A DNA stretch of 52,556 bases from Candidatus Saccharimonadota bacterium (GTDB taxonomy: Bacteria; Patescibacteriota; Saccharimonadia; Saccharimonadales; SZUA-47), in the NCBI GenBank assembly GCA_020428015.1, contig JAGQNQ010000002.1, positions 1 through 52,556 of the forward strand. Reading direction: 5' to 3'. Positions 17,420-25,331 of this stretch are shown here, piece by piece. The position numbers and the translations under genes were made by a program. The notes under the pieces are model-generated. The model was not told the origin of the DNA and did no database searches. It saw only the letters and a program-made list of their open reading frames with translations. Within the stretch, counting starts at the first letter, position 1. The number at the start of each line of letters is the position of its first letter.

Positions 17420-17989
17420 ATGGGGGAGATTCACGTCGCAATTTTGATAGGGACAACGAGGGAACAACGCAAGAGTGTCTATGCGGCACGATTGATGAAA
17501 GAAATCGCTGATACCTATCCAGAAATAACCAGTGAACTAGTAGATCCAAAAGATTTCACGTTTGAGGGTGACGGTAATGATCCAGAAGGGAAAGACGTGC
17601 GCTACACCGAAATTACAGAGCGAGCGGATGCTTTCTTAATCGTGACACCAGAGTATAACCATAGTTTCCCAGGTTCGCTAAAAAGGATGTTGGATAGCGA
17701 GCTGAAAAACTACATACATAAACCAGTGGCTTTCGCCGGCGTCAGCAGTGGTGGTTGGGGCGGCGTGCGCGCCATCGAGTCGCTGGTGAACGCTGTACGA
17801 GAAATGGGGTTAATTGCAACCTTCACCGACATGCAGTTCCCGCGTGTGCAAGATCTATTCAGTGAGGAGGGAAAGCTTCTAGATGAGAAATACCGAGAAT
17901 ACCCGAAAAAACTCTTCAACGAACTCATCTGGATGGCGACCGTCTTAAAACATGGTCGTGAAAACGTCGAGAAGATAGAGCATAAATAG
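17420..17989 (+). CDS. NAD(P)H-dependent FMN reductase family oxidoreductase (second copy)
   Basis: ILIGTTREQRKSVYAA...FLIVTPEYNHSFPGSLKRMLD matches the flavodoxin-like NADPH-FMN reductase pattern. Confidence 0.8.
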   Translation: MGEIHVAILIGTTREQRKSVYAARLMKEIADTYPEITSELVDPKDFTFEGDGNDPEGKDVRYTEITERADAFLIVTPEYNHSFPGSLKRMLDSELKNYIHKPVAFAGVSSGGWGGVRAIESLVNAVREMGLIATFTDMQFPRVQDLFSEEGKLLDEKYREYPKKLFNELIWMATVLKHGRENVEKIEHK

Positions 17990-18208
17990 TCTGCTGCGCC
18001 CTTGACTCGTGCCAAAACCGCCAATAAAGCGTACATATGCCAAGTTGGCACTCTTGACCTGTGTCAAGAATGCCAGGCCTTGCCAGCTCCCTGCACATCC
18101 TTGGCACTACCGGAGTTAATTTTTTTCTCTAAAACGTATCTACGGATACGTTTTATCAAAAGAAAATTAATCCATCAGCACCAATGAAGCACAGAGAAAC
18201 AGGCAATT

Positions 18209-18235
18209 CTGGCACTCTTGACACGTGACTGCCAG
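18209..18235. promoter_or_regulatory. CIRCE-like inverted repeat overlapping the hsp20 promoter
   Basis: CTGGCACTC-ttgacacgt-GACTGCCAG lies inside a perfect 11-bp inverted repeat GAATTCTGGCA...TGCCAGAATTC (18205-18240). The promoter is TTGACA (18218-18223), a 17-nt spacer, then TACAAT (18241-18246). Confidence 0.6.
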
Positions 18236-18297
18236 AATTCTACAATGGAAGTGTGGAGTATTCCACATTAGTTATTAATAATAAAAGGGGTTAAAAA

Positions 18298-18732
18298 ATG
18301 ACAAACGGACTCACCCGCTGGGACCCATTCGAAGAAATGCGATCCCTGCAAAAACAATTTCTTAACGACGACTGGTTCAGCGCGCCGCTGAAAACACTAA
18401 CACTGCCGACGACGGACGTGTACACCAGCGATGACAAAGAGCTTGTCGTTGAGGCACATATGCCGAACTTTGAAGACACAGATATCGACGTGCACATTGA
18501 AAACGGGGCACTCGTTATTCGTGCCGAAAAGCACGAAAAGGAAGAAGACAAGAAGAAAAAGTACGTGGTGCGTGAATCGAGCAGCAGCTTCTACCGACGT
18601 ATCCATCTGCCAAAACATGCCGACCAAGAAAAGATTGAGGCTGAAATGAAAGACGGCGTGCTGAAAGTAGTGGTACCGTTCAAAGAACTGCCGAAACCAA
18701 AGAAAATCACCATAAAATCAGGCAAAAAGTGA
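18298..18732 (+). CDS. Hsp20/alpha-crystallin family small heat-shock protein
   Basis: Alpha-crystallin domain: DVYTSDDKELVVEAHMPNF...FYRRIHLPKHADQEKIEAEMKDGVLKVVVP. Confidence 0.9.
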   Translation: MTNGLTRWDPFEEMRSLQKQFLNDDWFSAPLKTLTLPTTDVYTSDDKELVVEAHMPNFEDTDIDVHIENGALVIRAEKHEKEEDKKKKYVVRESSSSFYRRIHLPKHADQEKIEAEMKDGVLKVVVPFKELPKPKKITIKSGKK

Positions 18733-18752
18733 CAAGAAACAAACGCATGAGG

Positions 18753-18784
18753 AAACGAGGTCAAAAAACGACCTCGTTTTTCTT
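18753..18784 (+). terminator. rho-independent terminator of hsp20
   Basis: aaacgaggtc pairs with gacctcgttt, followed by a T-run. Confidence 0.7.
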
Positions 18785-18824
18785 ATGCTTGCACACGGCA
18801 CACGAAAAGCGCATCATAGTCTGA

Positions 18825-19289
18825 ATGATTCAGAGCACTGATGTTTTGTTACTTTATGGTGACCGGTCACGTTTGCCTCATCAAGCTAATGCATACGCAG
18901 AGGCTCCGCTATACAAAAGGCGACAAATCCTTCGTCCAAAAGCTATGGAAGAAGCTGCACAAAGGATTGTTGAGTGTGCAGGAACTCGAATTGTAGGTGT
19001 GGTGAGCGAAGAATGGTCTGCACTGGTGCGCAAGGTACTGATTGGCTTATCTGAAGGCGGTAAAGTCTATGAGCCAGTTGTATTTCTAGCAGAAGGGGCT
19101 ACACCACTACGTTTTCAGGACGAGCTATCTCAGCTGGCAGCTCTATCTCAGTACGTAGGTGTTGATACACAAATGGACGTAAGTAATGGTATATATCATT
19201 CATCTCGTTATGGAAACGGATCACTAACCTTGGATGTTGTTAGTCAACCGAGTGACTTCCTATCACGCATCGTTGAGTACGAGTTTTAA
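18825..19289 (+). CDS. hypothetical protein
   Basis: 154-aa ORF. I recognise no family. Confidence 0.4.
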   Translation: MIQSTDVLLLYGDRSRLPHQANAYAEAPLYKRRQILRPKAMEEAAQRIVECAGTRIVGVVSEEWSALVRKVLIGLSEGGKVYEPVVFLAEGATPLRFQDELSQLAALSQYVGVDTQMDVSNGIYHSSRYGNGSLTLDVVSQPSDFLSRIVEYEF

Positions 19290-19297
19290 CTTTTTGC

Positions 19298-20194
19298 CTA
19301 CCAACTAGATTTGCTGTAGTCGTGATAGCGGATATTCATCGGGCTGACTTTAATAACCGTAACCTCGCCTTTTTTCATAGAAACAACAGGGGGGAAGTGG
19401 CTGCCTTCCTCATAGTTTTTCGGCTCGGCAACTGCGCGGTAGATTTTTGTAATCATTGATTGGCTGGTCTCTGTGTCGGCGAGGCCGGATACCTGTACGG
19501 TTTTCAGACTGTTCGGTTTGTGAATCGTTAGGGCAACTTGGCCGTGGTAGGCTATATTTTGGGCTTTTTCGGTTTGTTTTTTCGTCACTATGTAGAATTG
19601 CTCACCTTCATAGACATAATGCACGACCGCACCATGAGCGTTACCTTCGCGGTCGACCGTAGAAAGAATAGCGACGTTTTGTTCTTTGATAACTCCGGCT
19701 GCATCACTGTTTTGGGGCACATTTGTAAGATTTTTTTCACGCTCTGTAGATTTCCAGACCTCGTTTGTAACCTTGTTGTTTCCTAAGCTCTCTTGGAGTT
19801 CAATATGATTCTCAATGTACTCTACGAAGTTTTCTGCACAGTTTGAGTTAGTGAACCGTAGGCCGTAATCACGGACTCGGGTGTGTAAAATAACGCCCGC
19901 GAACGGACCGGCTTTCGTTTTTTTCACACCCGCCACGACGTCATAACTGACTTCATCAAATGTTTTGAAAAACGGCTTAACATCAAGAAAAATTATACGT
20001 TTATCGGTTGCAATCAGCATTGCTGAACCTACTTTTTCACCTGTTGTGCGCCCATACACGACACCGCCGATATGCTCATTTTCGTGTATGACATTTGGCA
20101 AGTGTTCGGTCTCCATTTTCATGGTGCCGTACGTAGTCATACCGGCTGCGCGAAGCTCGTTAAGGATGCGCTTCTTGTGTTGGCGTGAGTCCAT
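19298..20194 (-). CDS. fusion protein: N-terminal bacterial PH-like domain plus C-terminal pyridoxamine-5'-phosphate-oxidase-like FMN-binding split barrel
   Basis: The N-terminus (LPNVIHENEHIGGVVYG...MLIATDKRIIFLD) resembles YokE/bPH domains. The C-terminus (AILSTVDREGNAHGAVVHYVYEGEQFYIVTKK) resembles the PNPOx family. Confidence 0.6.
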   Translation of the reverse strand: MDSRQHKKRILNELRAAGMTTYGTMKMETEHLPNVIHENEHIGGVVYGRTTGEKVGSAMLIATDKRIIFLDVKPFFKTFDEVSYDVVAGVKKTKAGPFAGVILHTRVRDYGLRFTNSNCAENFVEYIENHIELQESLGNNKVTNEVWKSTEREKNLTNVPQNSDAAGVIKEQNVAILSTVDREGNAHGAVVHYVYEGEQFYIVTKKQTEKAQNIAYHGQVALTIHKPNSLKTVQVSGLADTETSQSMITKIYRAVAEPKNYEEGSHFPPVVSMKKGEVTVIKVSPMNIRYHDYSKSSW

Positions 20195-20249
20195 TTCATC
20201 CTCCTAGTACTTCTAGTATCTACCCAAAAACTACGCATTTCAAGTAATC

Positions 20250-20287
20250 AAAAAAAGCGTCAGTGAGGGAAGTCTGACGCTTTTTTG
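20250..20287 (-). terminator. bidirectional-looking rho-independent terminator
   Basis: Stem gcgtcag (20257-20263) pairs with ctgacgc (20274-20280). An A-run and a T-run flank it. Confidence 0.65.
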
Positions 20288-20306
20288 ACGGACAGTGACT
20301 ATTTGG

Positions 20307-20810
20307 CTATTCTTGGTCGGAATCGCCCATCATGCCGTGTCCACCGCCATGACGACCACCCATGCCTCTACCACCTAGTGGTCCGATATCTGTGAGGTCA
20401 ATGCCTTGTTCGTCTGCCCACGCCTTAAGTTCATCATGGAACTGTTTCATCTGATCGTGTCGTTCTTCGCGTGTTAGCTCTTGGTCATGCAGCTCTTCCA
20501 TTTTGTCATGCAACTCGGTCCATTTCTGTTCAATAGCAGTTTTTTGTTCTGCGGTGATAGTGCCGTCATCTACCTTTGCTTGTAATCTATCACTGAATTC
20601 TTGCTGTCGCTCAGCTTCCATTTCGCTGTGCTGTTCGTCAAATACTGCCTGAACGTCGTCTTTGTTGAGATTGAACTTCGTTACTAATTTATCAATGATG
20701 CTGTTCTGCGGACTACTTGTTGCCGCACTTGCTGCACCAATGGTCAGGAGCGATCCTGCACCGACGGCAGTCACAACACCTGCTGCAATAAGTTGTTTGC
20801 TTAATTTCAT
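20307..20810 (-). CDS. secreted Spy/CpxP/ZraP-like helical protein with a Gly/His/Met-rich C-terminus
   Basis: It has a signal peptide (AGSLLTIGAASA) and helical repeats with LTxxQ-like motifs (ITAEQKTAIEQ, LTREERHDQM). The tail is GGRGMGGRHGGGHGMMG. It lies next to a two-component system. Confidence 0.5.
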   Translation of the reverse strand: MKLSKQLIAAGVVTAVGAGSLLTIGAASAATSSPQNSIIDKLVTKFNLNKDDVQAVFDEQHSEMEAERQQEFSDRLQAKVDDGTITAEQKTAIEQKWTELHDKMEELHDQELTREERHDQMKQFHDELKAWADEQGIDLTDIGPLGGRGMGGRHGGGHGMMGDSDQE

Positions 20811-20927
20811 AGTTCTAGTTTCCTTTCGGTTATGTTATTTTTGCCACCTGTCTTCAAGTGACAAGAACATAGTACAAATCTATATTGAAAGGATACTTGA
20901 CGCTACCTGAGTGGAGGCTGAATCACT

Positions 20928-21392
20928 TTAAACTATAAATTTTGAAATAATTTCGAAGAGTTTGTCGGTGTTACCTGTGGAGGGGTCAAGTTTTTCATTT
21001 TTGAGCTCATCGATGCTAAACCATTTGTACGCAGTTATCTCATCTGTTGTTTGAATATTGTCGACAGAACTTTTAACCAAATAAAAGATGTTTACTCGAG
21101 GTATTCCTATCTTTTCATGTCCTGAAATTACATGGATAAGATTAGCTTCTTGAATGTCTTTACGCTGTACGTTCACTTCTTCTTTGAGTTCTCGAAATAA
21201 AGCCTCTTCTGCAGTCTCACCATAGTCAATGCCGCCTCCAGGAAAAGTATATTCTGTGTCACGACCGTCCAGTACGAGTAGTATTTTTTTGTCATGAACT
21301 ATAACTGCCTTGACAGCTACTCTGTACAAGCAATCTTTAATTTCAAGAAGTCTTTTATCGATATCCATAGTAAATAGTATACAGAGTGTCAC
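20928..21392 (-). CDS. NUDIX hydrolase
   Basis: NUDIX box GGGIDYGETAEEALFRELKEEVNV. The true start may be the ATG at 21368 (MDIDKRLL...). Confidence 0.8.
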   Translation of the reverse strand: MTLCILFTMDIDKRLLEIKDCLYRVAVKAVIVHDKKILLVLDGRDTEYTFPGGGIDYGETAEEALFRELKEEVNVQRKDIQEANLIHVISGHEKIGIPRVNIFYLVKSSVDNIQTTDEITAYKWFSIDELKNEKLDPSTGNTDKLFEIISKFIV

Positions 21393-22423
21393 AAAATCGG
21401 TAACTGAATCGTGAAGGTTGAGCCTTTTTTTGGGGTGCTTGTGACTGAAATAGTGCCGTTATGTGCCTCGATTGTCGCTTTAGCGATTGAGAGTCCTATG
21501 CCAAACCCATTGACTTTGTTTTTTGTGCGCGATTGGTCCGCTCGGTAGAAGCGGTCAAATATACGCTTCTGCTCGTCCTTTGTCATACCGACGCCTTGGT
21601 CAGCGATAGTTAGGTTAATTGAGTCGTCAGAAACGGTGCTGTTGACACGAATTTCTGTCGTTTCAGGGCTGTATTTCACGGCGTTCTCCAAAATGGTTAC
21701 CAAGGCTTCAGTGAGCGATGTTTTTTGTGCCTGAATCTTGGTTTGGTCTAAATTGTCGACCACGATAAGCTGTTTTTTAGCTTCAGCATGAGGTAGTACT
21801 CGCTCAACAGCCGCATGAACTATCTCTGCAAAGTCTACTTCGGTAAGTTCAACAGAGTTATTCTCTAAACGAGAGAGGTTAAGTATTCCTTCAGACAATT
21901 GTGTCAACTTGTCTAGCTCCTCTATGTTACTTTCAAGCTGTTTTTTGGCTTGGGCTAGCGTTAGTTTTGGTTCAGTGAGCGTGAGTTCGGTTTCTGCGCG
22001 CATGGCGGTAATTGGTGTTCGTAGTTCATGACTAGCGTCAGAGATAAATCGACTTTGTGCATCGTGGGCTTCCTCAATTGGCTTTAAACTGCGGCGCGCC
22101 AGATAGTAGCTAAGCAGACCGCCAATTATGAAGATTAATAGGTTAAGCGATATCAGGTTAGATTTTAGACGTTGCTTGGCAAGGACAGCATTCATATCTT
22201 GCTGATCGAGGTACTGCTGTAGGAAATCGTCTTCCTGCAGGCGCAGCATCTGACCCATGCGCAACGGGCGTTCAGTGTTTCGGTCAATTTCTTGAATCGA
22301 TACCTGGTAAAACCGAAAACTAAATAAAAGACTCAGAAACATAATGATTACAAGGTACAGACTTGTGAGTCGAACTGAGGCGTTGTGAAACAGGTTGTTT
22401 TTCATCCCGTCAGTACTCCCCAA
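21389..22423 (-). CDS. sensor histidine kinase
   Basis: One or two TM helices, the H-box FISDASHELRTPITAM, and a HATPase_c domain (DQGVGM...GFGIGLSIAK). Confidence 0.85.
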   Translation of the reverse strand: MGSTDGMKNNLFHNASVRLTSLYLVIIMFLSLLFSFRFYQVSIQEIDRNTERPLRMGQMLRLQEDDFLQQYLDQQDMNAVLAKQRLKSNLISLNLLIFIIGGLLSYYLARRSLKPIEEAHDAQSRFISDASHELRTPITAMRAETELTLTEPKLTLAQAKKQLESNIEELDKLTQLSEGILNLSRLENNSVELTEVDFAEIVHAAVERVLPHAEAKKQLIVVDNLDQTKIQAQKTSLTEALVTILENAVKYSPETTEIRVNSTVSDDSINLTIADQGVGMTKDEQKRIFDRFYRADQSRTKNKVNGFGIGLSIAKATIEAHNGTISVTSTPKKGSTFTIQLPIL

Positions 22424-22510
22424 TAGTGTTTACGCGCGTATGGTATGGCTCTGATGTGCTCAGTCTATCAGACCAGCTGTTACAGGTTTTCGAAAAAGTA
22501 CCTACGGGAT

Positions 22511-23191
22511 TCACGCCTTTGCTCCAAAGATGTAGCCGAAACCACGCCTCGTGTTGATAAGTGGCGGCAAGTCCGGAAAAGCTTTGTCTATTTTATTTCG
22601 CAAATAGCCAATGTATACCTCAACGGTATTCGGTAGAATGTCTGCATCGTAATCCCATACATGCTGCATAATATGGTCTTTGGTGACAATGCGACCGGCA
22701 TTTGTCATAAGGTATTCAAGTAGTGCAAATTCCTTCGCTGTTAGTTCAACAGTATGGTTATTACGAGTCGCCGTAAAGCTATCGCGATCAAGTTCCACAC
22801 CGTTTGACTCAAGCGATGTTTCTAGTAGATCCTGCGGTCGTCTTAGGAGTGCACGAACGCGTGCAATCAACTCTATGAAGGCAAAGGGTTTCGCCAGATA
22901 ATCATCGGCACCGGCGTTTAAGCCTTCGGCACGATCAAGTACTTTGTCCTTTGCCGTAAGCATGAGCACTGGCGTATGTATTGAAGATCCTCGCATGGAC
23001 TTCAATAAACTCAAGCCGTCAGTGCCCGGAAGCATACGGTCGAGAATAACGAGGTCATACGGCTCTGTGGTTGCCATCGCCAGACCATCGTCACCGTCGT
23101 AACTCACATCAACAGCGAAAGCCTGGCGCTCTAAACCGCGCTTTATTGCACTTGCTATCTTGTGATCGTCTTCGACGATGAGAATTCTCAT
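22511..23191 (-). CDS. OmpR/PhoB-family response regulator
   Basis: Receiver domain (MRILIVEDD...LVILDRMLPG...LTAKD) plus a winged-helix C-terminus (LTAKEFALLEYL...RRGFGY). Confidence 0.9.
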   Translation of the reverse strand: MRILIVEDDHKIASAIKRGLERQAFAVDVSYDGDDGLAMATTEPYDLVILDRMLPGTDGLSLLKSMRGSSIHTPVLMLTAKDKVLDRAEGLNAGADDYLAKPFAFIELIARVRALLRRPQDLLETSLESNGVELDRDSFTATRNNHTVELTAKEFALLEYLMTNAGRIVTKDHIMQHVWDYDADILPNTVEVYIGYLRNKIDKAFPDLPPLINTRRGFGYIFGAKA

Positions 23192-23231
23192 AGTAAGTAT
23201 TATAAAGATAAACCTGAGAATAACTTGAAAC

Positions 23232-23260
23232 TAAAAACACCCCGAGTCTCCTCGGGGTGT
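23232..23260 (-). terminator. rho-independent terminator of the RRM protein gene
   Basis: Minus strand reads CACCCCGAG-GAGA-CTCGGGGTG followed by TTTTT. Confidence 0.7.
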
Positions 23261-23281
23261 TAATTGTAATTCAATACTGAA

Positions 23282-23533
23282 TTAGCGCTGTTCGCGTTCG
23301 CGAGCTTCGCTCACGTGAATAGTACGGCCACCGAGTTCCTTGTTGTCAAGGCCATCAATTGCAGCTTTTCCTTCGTCATCACTATCGAATTCAACGAAGC
23401 CGAAGCCACGTGAACGACCGGTTTCACGGTCAGTGATAACTTTTGCGCTTGCGACTGTACCAAACTGTGCAAAAGCAGCAGCTAGTTCATCATCTGTGGT
23501 TGCGAACGGAAGTCCGCCTACAAATAGTTTCAT
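23282..23533 (-). CDS. RRM-type RNA-binding protein
   Basis: 83 aa with RNP-2 (LFVGGL) and RNP-1 (RGFGFVEF) motifs. Confidence 0.9.
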   Translation of the reverse strand: MKLFVGGLPFATTDDELAAAFAQFGTVASAKVITDRETGRSRGFGFVEFDSDDEGKAAIDGLDNKELGGRTIHVSEAREREQR

Positions 23534-23730
23534 CTGTGTATAGTTACTTTCCTCTTAATATCTTTGCAGATCGACCAGTTTAGCGAGGATGTGTAACGTT
23601 GATAGTTTCTCTGTGTACTCTTCACTCATTTATACTCTTGCAAGCTCTATTATCCCACAAAATGCAAAAATCAACTAATTTTTTCACGAATAAATAACAG
23701 AGGAGGATAAGCAGCACTATAAATATACTA

Positions 23731-23759
23731 TTGACAAAAAATAAAGCATAAGCTATAAT
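23731..23759 (+). promoter_or_regulatory. perfect-consensus sigma70 promoter with no ORF downstream
   Basis: TTGACA (23731-23736), a 17-nt spacer, then TATAAT (23754-23759). Confidence 0.6.
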
Positions 23760-23766
23760 AGTGCTC

Positions 23767-24340
23767 AGTTGATTAAAAAACAAAAAATCAACAAAAACAA
23801 AAATTAAATCAAAGGAACGAACGAAAATGTAAACGTCATTCAAAAAACGTTACACGGTTCCTACGAACCAAAAGGCTGCGCAGCCATCAAGTCTACACCT
23901 TATTTCGGTCGGAACGAGCGATTTTTTCCCACACTTTTCATCATATAAAAAAGTGCAAAAAACAAAAAATTGCTCGTAAACCCATCAAAATCTTTGGGGA
24001 AAAGTGAGAAAAATTGAAGCTTGAAACCAGAGTAAGGTCTATGCGATACTAGGTGAGTCATAGACAAAAACAAAAAAATCAAAAAAGCACCTGTAACAAA
24101 TGTTAGTTGCGTGCACTAAAACAAATAGAAAGGAGTAGCTCTTTAAGCTCTAATTTCTTAAAAAGGAAAAAGAGCTGGGCGAATAACCTATATGAGTTAC
24201 GAACGAGAAGAATCAAAGAGTCTTTTGGTCAAAATTTATGACCGTATCTTTGACAACTAAGATAAACTAGAGCAATCTAGAACAGGAAAAGAACTTCTTC
24301 GGATTAAAAGGTCAGTCCCTTCCGAAGAAGTTTTTATTTT
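23767..24340 (+). ncRNA. candidate ~570-nt A-rich, hairpin-rich non-coding transcript of unknown family
   Basis: It is bounded by the consensus promoter and by a terminator (aacttcttcgga 24292-24303 pairing with tccgaagaagtt 24321-24332, then a T-run). The longest ATG ORF I can find on this strand is 22 codons. At least six stem-loops are separated by CAAAAAACAAAAAAT-like tracts. Confidence 0.35.
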
Positions 24341-24350
24341 TATCAAGAAT

Positions 24351-24536
24351 TAAAAATCCCATCATGGGATGAGATTATTATTTTGGTAGCAGGACCGAGA
24401 TTTTCCCACATTCTGCGGGCCCGAAACTTCATCTTTGCAAACAAGTTTGCAAGAGAAGGTTTCCTTGCGAAAGTTCACTGAACTTTCTCACTCGTGACCC
24501 TATGCCGCGCTCAAATACCGAATACTAATATCAAAA
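24351..24536 (-). repeat. 186-nt unit: a 133-nt structured body plus a 53-nt perfect copy of the tRNA-Met 3' end and terminator
   Basis: Positions 24351-24403 are identical to 24537-24589. The body contains the hairpins GAAAGTTCA-G-TGAACTTTC, TTGCAAAC-TT-GTTTGCAA and CCCGCA-GAA-TGTGGG. Confidence 0.7.
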
Positions 24537-24569
24537 TAAAAATCCCATCATGGGATGAGATTATTATTT

Positions 24570-24646
24570 TGGTAGCAGGACCGAGATTTGAACTCGGGAC
24601 CTCAGGCTTATGAGTCCTGCGCTCTAACCAACTGAGCTATCCTGCC
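24570..24646 (-). tRNA. tRNA with CAU anticodon, probably elongator tRNA-Met
   Basis: Minus strand reads GGCAGGATAGCTCAGTTGGTTAGAGCGCAGGACTCATAAGCCTGAGGTCCCGAGTTCAAATCTCGGTCCTGCTACCA. From memory, the D-arm is identical to E. coli elongator Met, so the Met versus Ile2 call is tentative. Confidence 0.9.
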
Positions 24647-24697
24647 GTGCTTGAGGGACAATTATAACAGATATGAGGAACGTTTCCTAGGGGCGGC

Positions 24698-25312
24698 TCA
24701 ATCTGCTTTATCAGTTTTAAACCAGTCGTCGTGGGCAAGAATCTGCTCACGGAAAACGTGCCAGATTTCGTTAACTTCTTTGCTTGGCGCTGTCTTTTCA
24801 TCTTTCAGTTGTATGACTTCTGAGCGTAGAATGTCGTACTTTTTCCATGTCTTGCCATTACTTAAAATTTGGAGCATCATTGGCGTTATCTTATCTAGGG
24901 CTTTGACAAACACTGCTTCCGGATCTTTTTGCTCCTCGTATTCTTCGATAGTATCTGTCATGTCTGAGAAATCCGGCCATTCACTTTTTAGCTGGTTTAA
25001 AGCCTCAGCTTCACGCTCATCTTTTGTGGCTTGCTGCTCTGCTGTTCGACCTATTGCCATAACATCACCAGCATGAATTTCTACCATGTCGTGCATGAGT
25101 GCATAGCGAATAACTTTATCACGATCTAGATGCGGGAACGATCCGCACAAATACCAGGCAAGAATCGCCAGATTGTAGCTGTGCTCCGTATCAGTTTCCT
25201 TTCGGTCCGTATGTTTGCCATCGGGCATATAAATGAGTCGCTCAATTTCAGAAAAGTTAACAAGTAGGTCCTGCAAATCTAAAAGTCTTTTGGCGTGTCT
25301 CTCTGGTTTCAC
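24698..25312 (-). CDS. HD-domain phosphohydrolase (YfbR-like 5'-nucleotidase family)
   Basis: ETDTEHSYNLAILAWYL...ALMHDMVEIHAGD contains the HD motif. I shortened the start to the GTG at 25312 to avoid overlapping tilS. The longest ORF reaches 25393. Confidence 0.75.
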   Translation of the reverse strand: MKPERHAKRLLDLQDLLVNFSEIERLIYMPDGKHTDRKETDTEHSYNLAILAWYLCGSFPHLDRDKVIRYALMHDMVEIHAGDVMAIGRTAEQQATKDEREAEALNQLKSEWPDFSDMTDTIEEYEEQKDPEAVFVKALDKITPMMLQILSNGKTWKKYDILRSEVIQLKDEKTAPSKEVNEIWHVFREQILAHDDWFKTDKAD

Positions 25313-25331
25313 GCTATTATTATGACACAGG

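Noticed and set aside
15989-17549. Listed ORFs of 61-135 aa on both strands (for example 15989-16186, 16682-16927, 16729-17004, 17011-17322 and 17142-17549).
   Set aside because: They run through the tRNA-fMet gene, its terminators and the repeat units. They have no RBS and their composition is odd. Only the 109-aa ORF at 16322-16651 has promoter and RBS support.
23622-24082. Two minus-strand ORFs (73 and 60 aa) in the AT-rich region upstream of the RRM protein gene.
   Set aside because: Their translations are F/L/I/V-rich runs produced by T-tracts. They have no RBS, and they overlap the consensus promoter and the hairpin-rich candidate RNA on the other strand.
23767-24340. Whether the candidate RNA is tmRNA, RNase P RNA, SRP RNA or 6S RNA.
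   Set aside because: It has no tRNA-like GGGG...CCACCA ends or tag ORF. It lacks the GAGGAAAGTCC and AGGGTGAAA RNase P motifs and the SRP GGAA/AGCA domain IV motif. It is also too long and too A-rich for 6S RNA. A formal Rfam scan is still needed.
23540-24350. Whether this AT-rich, ORF-free region is a replication origin.
   Set aside because: The TTATCCCACA and TTTTCCCACA strings do not fit the 9-mer DnaA box TTWTNCACA. There is no dnaA or dnaN nearby and no clustered box array.
24651-25076. A 141-aa plus-strand ORF.
   Set aside because: It lies antisense to the HD-domain gene, which has clear motifs, and it starts inside the tRNA flank.
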